64,000 nucleotides of DNA, taken from contig OX597818.1 in assembly GCA_951406725.2 (NCBI GenBank), forward strand, positions 73,346,001 to 73,410,000, given 5' to 3'. Below the pieces are notes generated by a model that was not told the origin of the DNA, searched no databases, and saw only the letters and a program-made list of their open reading frames with translations. This DNA comes from Octopus vulgaris (taxonomy: Eukaryota). Positions within the stretch are counted from its first letter, which is position 1, and each line of letters opens with the position of its first letter. A program made the translations under genes and the position numbers. This document shows positions 38,201 through 52,170 of the stretch, one piece after another.

Positions 38201-38714
38201 ATTGCTATTCAAGTTTAATATACGGTTCTGTTTGCCTCTCTTAATCCTCGTTGGAGTTTAAAGGATTTGTTATCACATCACCAGCTTTTAGTGTCGTTCG
38301 AGCCAACATGACCTCGAGGGAACTGAATTAGGGATTGAAATGCTTACAAACTATCAAACTATAATCACGTAAATGCCTTAAAAGGAAATTTTCAGAAGCT
38401 TTGGATGCTCTAGTAAACAGTAAAAAGCCTTCTGAAGCCCAATTATCTCAGTAAATGCCTGAAGATAATCATGGGGTAAGCAGTTAGTTATTTATATCCA
38501 TCCATTACATCACATAGTTGAAATACACAAATGTATATATTTATAATAAAACAATGCGGTACATTTTGCCGAAAGTTGTAGTTTGACGTATATTTTAACA
38601 CTGAAAATCATGTTGTCGATCATTAATGTTACCAGGCTTCGGTCAAAAGTCGCCTTTCCTCCGCCCACTTATGTGCATGTCTTAGGCAAATGTTTCCGGT
38701 GAGACTCAAGATTT

Positions 38715-39120
38715 TTGCATGTAAGTGTGGCTGTGCGGTAAGAAATTTGGTTTTCAATATATGACTCCGGGTTCAGACGCGTTGCGTTGCACCTTGGGCA
38801 AATGTTTCTACTATAGCCTCATGTCGACCAAAGCCTTGAGAGTGGATTTGGCAAAAGCAAACTAAAAGATACCTGCCATATATGTGTACATGTGTGTATG
38901 TGTCCTTGTGTCTGTGTTTGTCACCCACCACTGTTTGACAGCCGGTGTTTGTGTTGTGTTTATCTCCTAGTAACTCAGCGCGTAGGCAAAAAATCATGAT
39001 ACCATAAGTATTAGGCTTTAAAAATATTAAGTACTGGCATTGATTCATTCAACAACATATTCTTCAAGATGGTTCCCCCGCACGGCTGCAGTCTCGCGTC
39101 TAAAACAAATGGATAAGAAG
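38715..39120 (+). mobile_element. SINE family A
   Basis: GTGTGGCTGTGCGGTAAG, CCGGGTTCAG, GCACCTTGGGCAAATG, CGACCAAAGCCTTGAGAGTGGATTTGG. Confidence 0.85.
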
Positions 39121-42100
39121 AAAATTATATCCCCGCTTCCCATGTCACCGTGGTTTACTAATGAGAAAGTTCACGGGGTTGGGCAGATACAAATTGGTAT
39201 CAGTGTCGTGGCAGATGTTACTGCCAGAACACAAAGAAATAGAACATATAATTCAAGCACCTCATCCAAGCATCTAGCTATGCTGCCAATCCACCGCTTT
39301 GGATTCGTACATTTTTATTGGGAACCCTAAGAGTCTAAAAAGCGAAGTTGACTTCGGCGCAGTTTGAACTCAACACACAGAGATTTGGATAAAATGCCAT
39401 AATTCATAGTCTAAACATATCTGGGACGAATGTTGATTGTTTAATTGATTTCTTTATTGTCAGGAAATTAAAAAGGACAAGAAAGCGAGTGCAAGAGAAA
39501 TACATTCAGTTAATGTAAGAGGTGTGGATCAGTACACATGTAAGGCTTGGTGGCAGGCAATGAGCGAAAGATCGCTACACACACAGAGGAAAAGAAAGTA
39601 GTATAGATGTAGCGAAGGTAGAAGCTAGGAAGATAGGTATATGAGGGGATAGTTATGGGAGAAGTTATATATACAAATGAAAAAAATATTTTATTTAACT
39701 TTATTTTGAAGTGACAATTTTCTTTTCAAAATTAGTATTGTTACCCCTTTCATTATTTTATATAAGCATGAAGAAATTTGATAAGGGCGAAATTATTGTT
39801 ATTGAATTATGCTAAACTTCCTGATATTAGCGATGGTAGCAAAAATGCATTTCCAAAGTTACTCGTAGTATGCCAAGTAACACTAGTTTAAGGAATATTA
39901 GTATTGACAAAAATTTATTATATGAGGGATTTATATTTTGGTACTCAAATAATTATTCAGAACTTACGAGGTTTGATGTGGTGTGGGAGTCATTATCGAT
40001 TAGTCATTTCGCCCTGCAACTAATTATAGCAATAATAGACTATGTCATATGAAGCGACAATGTTTTATTCGTTATCTTTTAACTTCACATCAACGTTGGC
40101 CGAACAGACCTATGAACAAAGACATTCAAACCATCGCCATATTGCATTTTCATTTTGGCCTGATACAAATAAGAATATATTATGCTATGTCTTGACTTTT
40201 TAAGCTTTGCTGGATACCTTATAGGAGTTTCGCTTCTATTTCATCGATTGATATATACTTCGTTGATGTCAAATAAACTCCATCTCGAGCAATCCATAGC
40301 CATATTTGAAGGTGGGATCAATCACAACTCGCAGGCCACGGATCTTAACCATGACTTCTTCTAGACAGGGACCATACCGTTTTTCAAGCTTACATCTATA
40401 TAGGATTGCTATGACGTATTCTACGCACTGCCCAGTCTATTTTTGTGTGTGTTTTATGTTGTTTAGCTACAAATCAGTTTTATATGATCAGGTATGAACT
40501 CAAATTTGTCTTACCTTGATAAATTCGTTATTACATTATGAAAAGTGACTTTCTTTAATGACTATATGACCTGATTTCACAGATTATGGCCGCTATTTCT
40601 GGTAAAATAGTCAACATTTAAATTTTCCTCTAGTGACTGGGGAGTCATCATAGATGCAGGTGGTGAATATGATGGAGAAGAAAGCAGAATAAATCAGAAA
40701 ACGAGATTTGATGTGCCTTTATACTTGCTGTTGGTGGTGTACATACAAGCATGCCTCTATTCTACAACAGCTCAGAAATTCCAAGTACCCCTAATCTTTG
40801 TCTTATTTAATACACAACATCTATTATGCCATGAAAACACTCAGTTACGCGCTCACTCCAGACACTCGTTCACTCCAGACACTCGTTCACAAGTCTGCTG
40901 TCTTTCCCCCTCTTTTTTATCGTTTCACTTAGGAATCTCTTCGGGGTCACCTAAAATCATAACACCACATCACAGATGCTGCTGATCCACTCATAAATTC
41001 TTTTCTCATTACTATTATTTCTTCAGCACTTGCAGATTTCCGCGTTAACGACTATGCTCGGTCATTTCATCCTAGAACGTGATCTCTCGAGATTTTCCGC
41101 CCTGTACCTATGCTTCTGCACACATAGATGTATAACAGTTTCTATGCGGCTTTATAGGCATGTGTGTTACCAGTTTCAAACGTCTTGCAAATACCAGAAT
41201 CACACCCCATTTTTAGCATAAAATTAATAAAAGAAACAAACAGTTATTTGTGTCCACGATATGCACGTTAATATGACTCTACGCAACTCTAACCAAACTA
41301 GTCAGTAATTTAAAAACAGGCGGGATAGTTGCGCAACAATGCCTGTAAAATGGTGTGGGGGTGAGAGTGTAATGTCTTCTTTCCATTTATATCATGTATA
41401 TGCGGCAAAATAGGTTCAAAATCATGATTAAGAAGGTAGGTCCTTGAGTAATTTTCATAAAAATGAAGGCCTAGAAAATATAGTCTTGTACACTACAAAA
41501 ACGTTAGCGTTGAAGAGGTTAGCTCGTCTTTGTGGTTTTTGAATGCCCTGCGTTCAAAAACCACTAAGGTCAACGTTACTTTTCATGTATGTATGTATGT
41601 ATGTATGTATGTATGTATGTATGTATGTATGGATGTATGTATGTATGTATGTATGCATGTATGTATGCAGGTATGTATGCATATATTATATATGTGCGTA
41701 AGTTACATATATAGGAATACATACATGCACGCTCATACACACACATATATACGTGCTTTATATCTGATCATTTGAAATAAGTTTAGTAAACACTAATAAG
41801 TAAGGTAAAGTGTATATCTTTTCATTTCTTTTTTTACATTGCATGGATATAGAAGGTATTCTGGAAATTACGAAGGTATTTACCATTTTAATGAGATTCC
41901 TGTTTTTGAATAAAATCTTATTTCTCAAAATCATTTCATTCAAAGTAACGACAAACATAACAGCAGAAAAATCTCACTTATTAAATTTGCGTTTCACACA
42001 CACTGCTCTGAGCTACACGAAAATTAAACAATATAAGAAAACCTCATCGTTAAAATGTGAAAAGAGAACAAAAAAAAAAGAGGAAACAACTGCAAAAACA

Positions 42101-42486
42101 ATTAAATCTAATTTCACCAAGTCTTCGCATACAACAGCACTTGTACATGAGTAAATAAGTCTATACTAATTTATAATTCATCATATATGTATAATTCATG
42201 TGCTTCGGTTTCGTTTCTGATGAAACCCGAGTTAATTAAGGTTCGAAAAAGTATTTTATCCAACTTTATAAAATATTCATGTTTTCATTCAACGAAAGGT
42301 GATTGAGTAATATGTGTTTTGTCAGACAGAACAGTTCATGTCTCTCGTTCAGCTGTTTAAATGCATAGTAGGATATTGTTGACGTTACAACAGTACACGT
42401 AGGGACACTTATTGGGTATGGAATTGCTAATATCATTGTGATTAATATGATATGATATCTAACTCTCAGTTTATCTATCAATCAAT

Positions 42487-42529
<43 letters not shown>

Positions 42530-42565
<36 letters not shown>

Positions 42566-43281
42566 TGAAATGCGTTTCGACCGCTTGGATCGCTTTCAAG
42601 GCCACTACATCTCGTCGGATTCACTCCAAAATTTACAGAGACATGTAACATGAGGTGACGATGCCCGTGGGCTATCTTAGAAATCCCTATCTTAAAAGGT
42701 GTCGTTGCTAGGGCCACAAACCCACTTTGACAAGTCCACTCCCATTCTTTTACGTATCTATCTTCCTCACACACGCTATTTCCTCCATTCCCCTCTAACT
42801 CCCATTCAGTTTCCCTTTATCAGTTCGTCAAACGGCGTTCTTTATCTCGCTGTCTGCATTCATAGAGAGAATTATCATCGCCACAATCAACACACAATCA
42901 TGAGAACAAATATTATGAATCAGATATTTCTTGAGTTCATTTATATATGTGTGTATGTGTGTTCTATATATAAATATGTATATATAATGTATATATACAC
43001 AGTGTATATATCTGTATTTATGTATATTAAACTTTTTAATACTTTTTGATAGTTATATATATTTTTAAACAAATTATAAATATAATTTAATAATTTTTAT
43101 TTTAAATTTAAATAATTTAAATTTTTCAATTTTAGATTTTATATATTTTCTATATTATATTTTTATTTTTATGTTTTTGGTTTTGGTTTTTCACTGTTTG
43201 ATTTGCCTATTAGTGGTTTTATCTCTAATTTAATTTATATATATATATATAATTTGTATACATTTGTATATATAATCCGTG

Positions 43282-43353
<72 letters not shown>

Positions 43354-44446
43354 GTGTGCATTATGTGGTGGGTCGGTTCAGCTGAAAATATGTTAAATGT
43401 GCTGGTAAGTTTGCATGACAACTATCTTTTCCTCAAATGAAAGGCGTGACCTCTAGGACAAAATTCCTCATCTAATAAAATGTGTCCCGAGTAGACCTGA
43501 ATGGAATCGGGTTATATTAACGAAAATGTGAAAAGGGGTCTAACTTGGTCTGGAAGGGGATTAAAATTTACAGGAGCGAGTGTTTAGGAATTCTCTGTTA
43601 CATCAAGCTAAAAAATTTGCGCCAGCCTTTTAATCGTCAATGTGTTGCCGTCCATGATGAAGAAGTTTTGAATGCTTGCCATGGTGAGTGTACTGTCGTG
43701 AGAAAGTATCACTTCAAAACTTGGTGTTTACGATTTTTCTTTTACATCAAGTTCAAAATTTTACGCCAGCCGTTAAACTGTCAATACGTTGCTGTCCGTC
43801 GTTAAGAAATGCCACCCATGGTGACTCTACTATCCTCACATTCTATCCCTTCAAACTTTGGTTTCCATTATTTTATTATTTTTATTCAGCTCGCAAGTTC
43901 GTCTGTCCCTTTTAAATGTTAGCGTTTTGCTGTCTGCCTTGAAGCAGACCTTTCCGTTACCACTGCCTGATATTTATGACTGATCTTTCTAAATACTTTA
44001 TTTCTCAACTTACTCAAGATCTTTTGTTGTTTATAAATGGGAGAGAGATAGATAAAGATAGAGAGTAAGAGAAAGCGAGGGAGAGTCCGAGAGAAAAGAA
44101 AAGTAAGTGAGTGGGAAAGTGAGAGAGAAAGAAGAGAGAAACAAAGAGGGAGAATCATCATCATCATCATCGTTTCACATCCGTTTTCCGTGATAGCACG
44201 GGTTGGACAGTTTGACCGGGGTCTGAGAAGTCAGGAGGCTGCACCAGGCTTCAGTCTGATCTGGCAGTGTTTCTACAGGTGGATGAACTTCCTAACGCCA
44301 ACCACTCTGTGAGTGTAGTATGTGCTTTCTTCGTGCCGCCGGCACATATGCCAGGGGAACTCGCAGCTTTTTACGTGCTGAAAGGAAGCAATAGAAAGTA
44401 ACAACCACACTCTTACCCGCGCGTAGAGCGGGTCACCTCCAGCTAG
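42530..44446 (+). mobile_element. Non-autonomous Helitron-like element with nested insertions
   Basis: 5' TC-(TA)n-AAACTGAAATG; 3' hairpin ACCCGC-gcgtaga-GCGGGT (44415-44433) 9 nt before CTAG|T (44443-44447). Internal ~140 bp tandem repeat at 43600-43900. Confidence 0.6.
44155..44370 (-). mobile_element. SINE/RTE-type 3' tail ending in (GAT)n
   Basis: (CAT)n followed by CGTTT..CATCCGTTTTCC...GGTTGGAC and GGATG..CTTCCTAACGCCAACC. Confidence 0.6.
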
Positions 44447-45184
44447 TATATATATATATATATATATATATCCTTACCTACAGACCTACCTATCTACTGG
44501 GCCTCACAATCAAGTGACTGGGGCTGAGCTGCCTTATCCATTAGGCCTAGCGTTCACATTTATATATAAAATGATGTGATGGCTATTTTTATTATGACTT
44601 GCTTACGATATACATACAGGCATACATACATACATACATACATACATACATACATTCACACATATAAAAGCAAGACCAGCTAAAAGGACGGATAAACAGT
44701 ATACTTGATTGGTGTCGACAGTACTGGAGGACAACTTGAAGTGAGATACCGACTAGCTTTCTGTAAAGCATGTCTCTCGGAGATGGTCACTGTGATCTAA
44801 AATCAAATGTGCAGGGAATAGCATTGAACATCTTAGGGATTTTATTTTTTGCGCTTGAGATCATTGCACTCGTACATACCTAAGCCTACGTCCCATATTG
44901 GCACTTGCTATCTAACTCTAGTTTGTCTGTGTAGTGTGCAGAGAGTTTGTGAGGTACAGTGCAGACCTTAATAGACCTAAACTTTTAGATTTTGCAGTCA
45001 CCTGCAAGGTGACTCTCCGATGCCCAGTCAACTTGGCGGTGGATAGTACCAACATGAAAGCCGCGGCGCGAACACGAATGAAGTACTTGTGCAATAAGCT
45101 CATGCACGGCTACTGCTGGCATTTTGCATTCCCAATGGTCAGAGTAAATTTTTCTTGCTCACGGGTGGACAGATATTGCACACA

Positions 45185-45272
<88 letters not shown>

Positions 45273-45774
45273 AAACAATACACAGATTTTGTAAAGAAAA
45301 GAAGGCATGGACTCTAAAATGTATATAAATGAACAACGAACGATGATTCAGTCGAACACCGCATGATGATGGAGTTGAATATGACCTCTGTACAATTGAA
45401 TGTCAATTTTGTGTGAATCAGTTAACCCTATTCATTCTAGAATATCATTGCCGTTTTTACACAGTAGACTGCTCAAGCCAAATAACGCAAGTAGCGTGTA
45501 TTGTATGTGTCATTGACATGGGATTATATTTCTAGGGAGTTTAGTTTAATTTACATGGTTGTTACTGGTTAATGTCCTGCAGTATTTCTCTACGTGTAAG
45601 AAATCCTGAATAAACACAATGTTAGGATAAATTTTTATGATAGCCTTCTTATATAAAGTATTTGTAATTTTCTTCTGTGCGCCCTCTTTCACTCTCTGTC
45701 TCCCATTCTCTGTCTGTGTGTCCCTCTCTCTATATATGTATGTATACATGTTTCCTCTCTCTCTATATGTATGT

Positions 45775-45815
<41 letters not shown>

Positions 45816-46622
45816 TGCATATATACAAACATACATACATACATATATACATACATACGCATACATACATACGCATATATATATATATATATCATTCGCT
45901 CGCTCTGTGAATTCTTTCACCGTCTCTTACACGCTCTATTTATATGTTGACTATTGATCAATTCTTCCTTGTATATCATTTAATTAGATTTTCAGCTAAT
46001 CTTACATATATCTAACATCTGTCCCATGTTAAAATCATTGTAAATCCAGATTAACAACCGTTCTCAGTAGGAAAAGTAGATAAACAGACGCTACGAAAAT
46101 AAGAAAAAAAATCATTGTAATTCTTATTTTGCTTATAAATTATACTATCAGTTCTTTTCTTCACCAAATTATAATTGAAGGATGATGAAAGGAAATACGT
46201 CAACACCGAAATACGCAAAAATAATACATACTCTCATGCACAAACACACATATACTTTCTCAAGAACACACACACAGACATACACACACACAAAAAAAAA
46301 ACACATGCAGGTAAGTGTTTTGTCTCGCTGCCTTTTTAGTTCACATGCCGCCTAAGTCGTCTTTGCCTTTCAGATCTTTGATGTCGGTGAAATAAATACC
46401 GATGTCGATGTAATTGATTAGCCTTCGCTCCCAAAATGCTTGTACGTGTACCGAGACTACTTTGTACGTTATTTAATACTTCTTTAACTCTTTGGACAAA
46501 GGCAATGCTGTGGCACTGCTTTGAAGAAATTTAGTCGAATGAACTGTTCCCTCCTAGTACTAATATTTTTTTACAAGCCTGGTAAATTTTCTCTTGGTTT
46601 CCTTTCTATGTATGTATGTATG

Positions 46623-46681
<59 letters not shown>

Positions 46682-47021
46682 GTACGCATACATACAAACA
46701 TACATACATACACACACACATACATGCATACATACATACATACATACACACATACATACATACATACATACATACATACACACATAGATGCACTTATAAT
46801 ACGTTTATGGAGGGAAAGACGGAGAGATAGATATTAACCATCAAATATGTTTATACACAAACTGGATTTTAAAATAACACATTATTTGCAGTATATACAC
46901 CACATCATTTCATTCAGATATAGTTGCTTGAATGATTTCTTTATTAAGTTTTTTTTTTGTTTTGCTCAAGAACGTCTCGCATCGCCCGGTGCAGAAATCG
47001 AAGCACAATCTTGCGATCATA

Positions 47022-48312
47022 CGAGGGACGTTCAATAAGTAATGTCCCTGACCCACGTGCAGTTGTTTGATCTAGCTCAAATTTTGCATGTGTAATTATC
47101 TATATCTCTATAGATTAAGTGGCAAATTACAGCTCTGAACTAATTGTGGTTTCTGATTTATAGGTGTTTGAACTGAGTCAAGTGTGAAATGGAGCCTGTT
47201 GAGTGTCGAGCAGTGATCCGGTTTTTGTATTTGAAAGGATGCACACCACGGGAGACTTTTGATGAAAAGAAAGTAACTTATGGTGATAATGCCCCATCAT
47301 ATGACCTTGTAAAACGCAGACATCGTGAATTCAAACATGGTCGGAACTCTGTGGAAACATCTCCCAGATCTGGTCGCCCCCCTTCTGCCATTGATGAGGC
47401 ATCTGTCCGTCAAGTTGAGGCTGCCATTTTGGAAGATCGACGCATAACTATTCGCCAAATAGCCCATGAGGTCAAGATTAGTACCGGGTCTGTGGAAACT
47501 ATCATTAATGACCATTTGCATATGCAAAAGGTGTCTGCCAGATGGATTCCCAGGTTGCTCACACCTTTCCAGAAGCAAGAACGCGTCGAGTGCTCGAGGA
47601 TGAATTTGGAGATGTGTCAAGAAGATGAGTCAAACTTTTTCAAAAGTCTGATTGCACAGGATGAAACCTGGGTCCATCACTATGATCCAGAGACCAAAGC
47701 CCAGTCAATGCAGTGGAAGCACTGTGACTCACCTCCTCCAAAGAAGGCAAGGGTGCAGCCCTCCGCTGGCAAGGTCATGCTCACAGTCTTCTGGGACCAG
47801 GACGGAGTAGTGATGACAGATTTCCTAGCAAAGGGTACCACAATTCCAGGAGCCTATTATGCTTCACTTTTGAGGAAATTCAGAGAAGCTATCAAAATCA
47901 AGAGGCGGGGCAAGATCAGCAAAGGCATCCTCCTCCTGCAGGACAACGCTCCGGTCCACAACTCGCGTGTCGCCAGATCAGAAGCACAGGCGTGCAGCTA
48001 TGATCTCCTCCCCCATGCCCCTACTCTCCTGACCTTGCACCCTCTGATTTTCACCTCTTCCAGCCATGAAGTTGTTTTTGAAAGGAAAGCGTTTCCCAGA
48101 TGATGCAACCTTGATTTCTGAAGTGACGTCGTGGTTGGAGGACCAAGCTGGGGTCTTCTACAAAAAGGGTCTCCATAGCTGCATCAAACGATGGGAGAAA
48201 TGCGTAACTCTGGGTAGTTCCTATGTAGAAAAAGACTAATAACTGTGCCAAGTTTCGTTGCTCTACTGCTATGGGAAGTGGGTCAAGGGCATTACTTATT
48301 GAACGCCCCTCG
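47022..48312 (+). mobile_element. Full-length mariner transposon, 1291 bp
   Basis: 35 bp TIRs CGAGGG(A/G)CGTTCAATAAGTAATG.CC.TGACCCAC with 3 mismatches; TA duplication at 47020-47021 and 48313-48314. Confidence 0.97.
47189..48239 (+). pseudogene. Mariner DD34D transposase, 350 aa after repairing two single-C deletions (~48020, ~48060)
   Basis: PRSGRP, WIPRLL, DETWVHHYDP, QDNAPVH-(34)-YSPDLAPSD; C-terminus RWEKCVTLGSSYVEKD*. Confidence 0.92.
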
Positions 48313-49590
48313 TAAGTCCGCCTCCTTAACTACTAAGCCACGCGAAAATTGACATTCAGATATAGTTGCTAGAATGTTTCTCGCTTTATTCTCTAGCTTT
48401 ATTTCATATTTAACAGACAGAATATGAAGCAAAACAACAGTGGTATTTTAGCTGAAACTATAAAACAGCCGATATAGAAATTGCCGTTTATTCTCAAATG
48501 AGTAGCTGAAAATATTAAATTTGCTGGTCAACATTTTACTCACGACAGACGCGCCGTTTTCTTCTGGTTCCCAAACGAAAATTATTCTACTGAAAATCGT
48601 ATCTGTTTATTTGAACATGTAAGTAGTAATCGAGGTTGGTTTAGGGAATGTGACGCTCACTGTTTTAACTTTTATTTTATTACTTGGAAATTTAATTTCA
48701 CTGAAGTGGTGCACAATCGATAAAATGGCCGATCTTGTAATTATGCTTAGTTAGAATCCATTTCGACAATCTGAACTGAAATTGCATTTGTTGTTAAAGA
48801 GAGTGATGTCTTGTTATATACAAACCGTCTGAATTATAACTGATATTGTCGTTTGGAAGCGGTAGTCAAAATTTATGTCTTTATTGTTAGAGTTGAACAT
48901 ATAATTCCAGTTACTGGTAGAAAGGAGTAATTTTTATTCAGGTTGAGTCCCTGTTCAACAAGGGTGTTATATAATATGACAGATCCATTAAGAGAGTGAC
49001 TTACGGTCAAACATTCTGTAAGAGCATCTAACACTAATTATTTTCCGTGACAGAAGATCTCAGAGAAGCAAATATAGACAAACGTTATTTAACAAGTCAC
49101 CGTTCGAACAGTCTAAAGAAAATTATGTTGAGAAAGATAATACCCTTTTTGACAAAATACAGGAACTGTTTTAGAAGTTGGACATATTTACGAAAATACT
49201 AGACCAATGATCTGAATTAAATATGATTGTGAGTGTGCACGAGCGTGTGTGTGTGTGTGGGGGGGGAATTTATATATTTAATCAATAACGGAATATTTGC
49301 TTATAGGAAGAAACTCAAAACTGTCAATAGAAATTTATTTGTTTGGTAAAATTCGAGTTGACTTCAAATTTAATCTCGTCTCAAAGAGTGCGCAACGACT
49401 TTGATGGAATGAGCCGTTAGGGAAATATTTCAATTACCCATCATATATGCTATAATACAATATTGCATCATATATATAAAATAATACTATATCATATACA
49501 CATATAATACATATATATATATATATATATCCATGCCATGTATGTATGTATGTATGTATGTATGTATGTATGTATATATATATATATATG

Positions 49591-49639
<49 letters not shown>

Positions 49640-50284
49640 ATACATACATGTATGTGTGTGCATATGTATTAAGGCTGCCATTGGTTTCTTGTTAAAGAAA
49701 TTTTGAATAATTACGGGAGACAATGTTATTGGAAAAGTGGTGTTTGTCTCCGTTTTGGATTAAAACATGACGGGTCACCGAAAACAACAATGAAATCACG
49801 GGGGGAATTTTGGTAAACAAAATAAGAAGTCAAGAGGAACGACTTCTGGATGAGTATCTTCTCTGGATTACACTTTTGGGAAACTTGAAATATCAATGTT
49901 TTTGCATACACATAAATGAGTTTAGATTTATATTGATATGTATGTGCATCTAATAAAGAAGTGCTCATCATATTTTCACGTCAACAGTTTGCAGTTTTTG
50001 TAATTACATATATTATAGGTTGATATGCGTATTGTTTGTATATTCATGAACTTGAGTACATTTTTGCTTCAATCTATATATTAGGTTTTTGTTTGCATCC
50101 ATATATATCGGTATGCAGGTACATGCGCAGCGCACATACTCACAGAACACACACACACACATTTACATGTTGATACACCCCATAAAGTCAGGTATGTATA
50201 TATATTTATATATATATGCATACATATGTATATACACAGACACATATATATATATATATACCCGTATATATACATGTCTATATG

Positions 50285-50319
<35 letters not shown>

Positions 50320-50344
50320 ATGGATGGATGGATGTATATATGTA

Positions 50345-50550
50345 TATGTTTGCATGTCTGTGTACCCTCCATCGCTTGACAACCGATGTTGGTGTGTTTA
50401 CCACCCCGTAACTTAGCAGTTCAGCAAAAAGCGACCAATAGATTAAGTAGTAGAGTTATAAAGAAGGAATTCTGGGAGCGATTTGTTCGACTAAAAGCAG
50501 TGCCCCTGCATGGCCGCAGTCAAATGACTGAAGCAAATAAAGGAATAAAA
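50345..50550 (+). mobile_element. SINE family A, 3' half
   Basis: CATCGCTTGACAACCGATGTTGGTGTGTTTAC..CCCGTAACTTAGC...GCATGGCCGCAGTCAAATGACTGAA. Confidence 0.85.
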
Positions 50551-52039
50551 CAGTGAAAGAAAATATGTGTGTGTGTATGTGTATGTGTGTCTGTGTGTGC
50601 GTGTGTGTATAAAATGCCATTATATACACTCTTCTGTGTACATAATTTGGACGCCTACATTTCATTCAATAGTTTGAACGCGCTTTTTATAATCGAAAAT
50701 CTGTGAGATTTTACATATCTTGCTCACAATTTACATATTTATTACATGTATATTAGATATTCTTTCACGTATTTCATCCTCGAATTTATATGGTTTTGTG
50801 GCTGCTGAATGATAAGTTTTTTTATTATTCATATAATATCCTGGGTATATCTATTGTTTGTATATTTGTGTATTGAGGAATCTCAGCATGAGAAACCGTG
50901 TCTTTATGCATGAAATTGCTGTGATGCATATTTTTAATTTTCAGGGAAAAAATTCTGTCCTGAATGGAGTGGACTATGACACCTGTTTCAAATATCGGAG
51001 AGTAAAAATATTGCATATGCATGCAGGGAAGACAGCCTTCGGTTTGATGATATTTAGCATTGGAGTAGCTTTGGACTAGACGTAGCATCCGAATAACGAC
51101 AATTTGAAATATTAAAATGTCAATAGGCTGCAATTAATGTAATTAACAAAAGTTTGTATGGTAACAAGTGAAACATTACATACATACCTGCTCGATCGAA
51201 AGGTGATTTTGAGGGAGTTAGCATAAGATGTATTGGAATGGTGTCTTATAAATGTGTGAAAAAATACACATTTTTCATGAAATTGGGTGGAGATTGTGGT
51301 TTATTGGTTTGTTTATGTTTTTTGGAATTAACTTTAAAAAATAGTAACAATTATCTATAACAAATATCTTTTCAATATTAAGGAAATAAATATCTTTCAT
51401 TTAAAAAATTGATGTTCGTTTGATCATTTTTGTATAGGCATCTTGGATACATGCCATATTTCCTGGTATTGAACATAGTGGCAATAGAATGGCTTCAGAA
51501 TTATCCGTCGCACTACACACGGGCATGCTAGCGTCTGGACGTGCTTATCATAACTCTGACCAGTCAGCAGCTGAAAACACAGAAATACAATTACAACATA
51601 GCTGTACAACTCAAGCCGCCGTTCAAATCACTTTAAAAACTTAAAAGACCTAAATATCTCATATTTTCGGTAGTACATAAATATATGTATAATGTGCACG
51701 TTTCAATTAAAGTATATAATTCTAAACTAATTTTCTTTTACATGGATTGTTATAGTTATTAATACTATTTTTATATGAGCAGAATGTAAACACAAAATAA
51801 ACTCACTTTATTTTTCACAAGAAAATTAATATAGGATTTCGCTGCCGCTGGAAAACTTTGTTCCTACCAATAAAATTTGAAACTTATAACACATATGACA
51901 GTAAATTCAGTTATCTTCAAGTTACTAAATGTTGGTTTAAATATTATTTAATCTGGTGAAAGGGATATAATATTATGTAATATCCTATAACCTATAATAA
52001 TTTCTCATGTGTACATAAGACCTGGCATTTTCGACGGTC

Positions 52040-52170
52040 AATCACGGTAGCAGTACTTGACTATACATTATTTTTCACTCCTGATAGGATGAACGACAAA
52101 GTGTACCTCGGCAGGACTTGGATTTAGAGAGCAGATAATGCCGCTAGGCATTTTATCTTACCCGCAATGA
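52040..52170 (-). mobile_element. SINE family B, decayed
   Basis: GATGAACGACAAAGTGTACCTCGGCAGGACTTG matches the reverse complement of the family B body. Confidence 0.5.

Larger units (their letters stand above)
46955..48345 (-). mobile_element. tRNA-derived SINE head split by the mariner insertion
   Basis: Removing 47022-48314 restores the minus-strand CGCGTGGCTTAGTAGTTAAGGAGGCGGACT-TA-TGATCGCAAGATTGTGCTTCGATTTC...GTTCTTGAGCAAAAC. Confidence 0.7.

Noticed and set aside
42210-42260. CTGATGA-AACC...GGTT-CGAAA
   Set aside because: Helix II is plausible but helices I and III are absent; at most a remnant.
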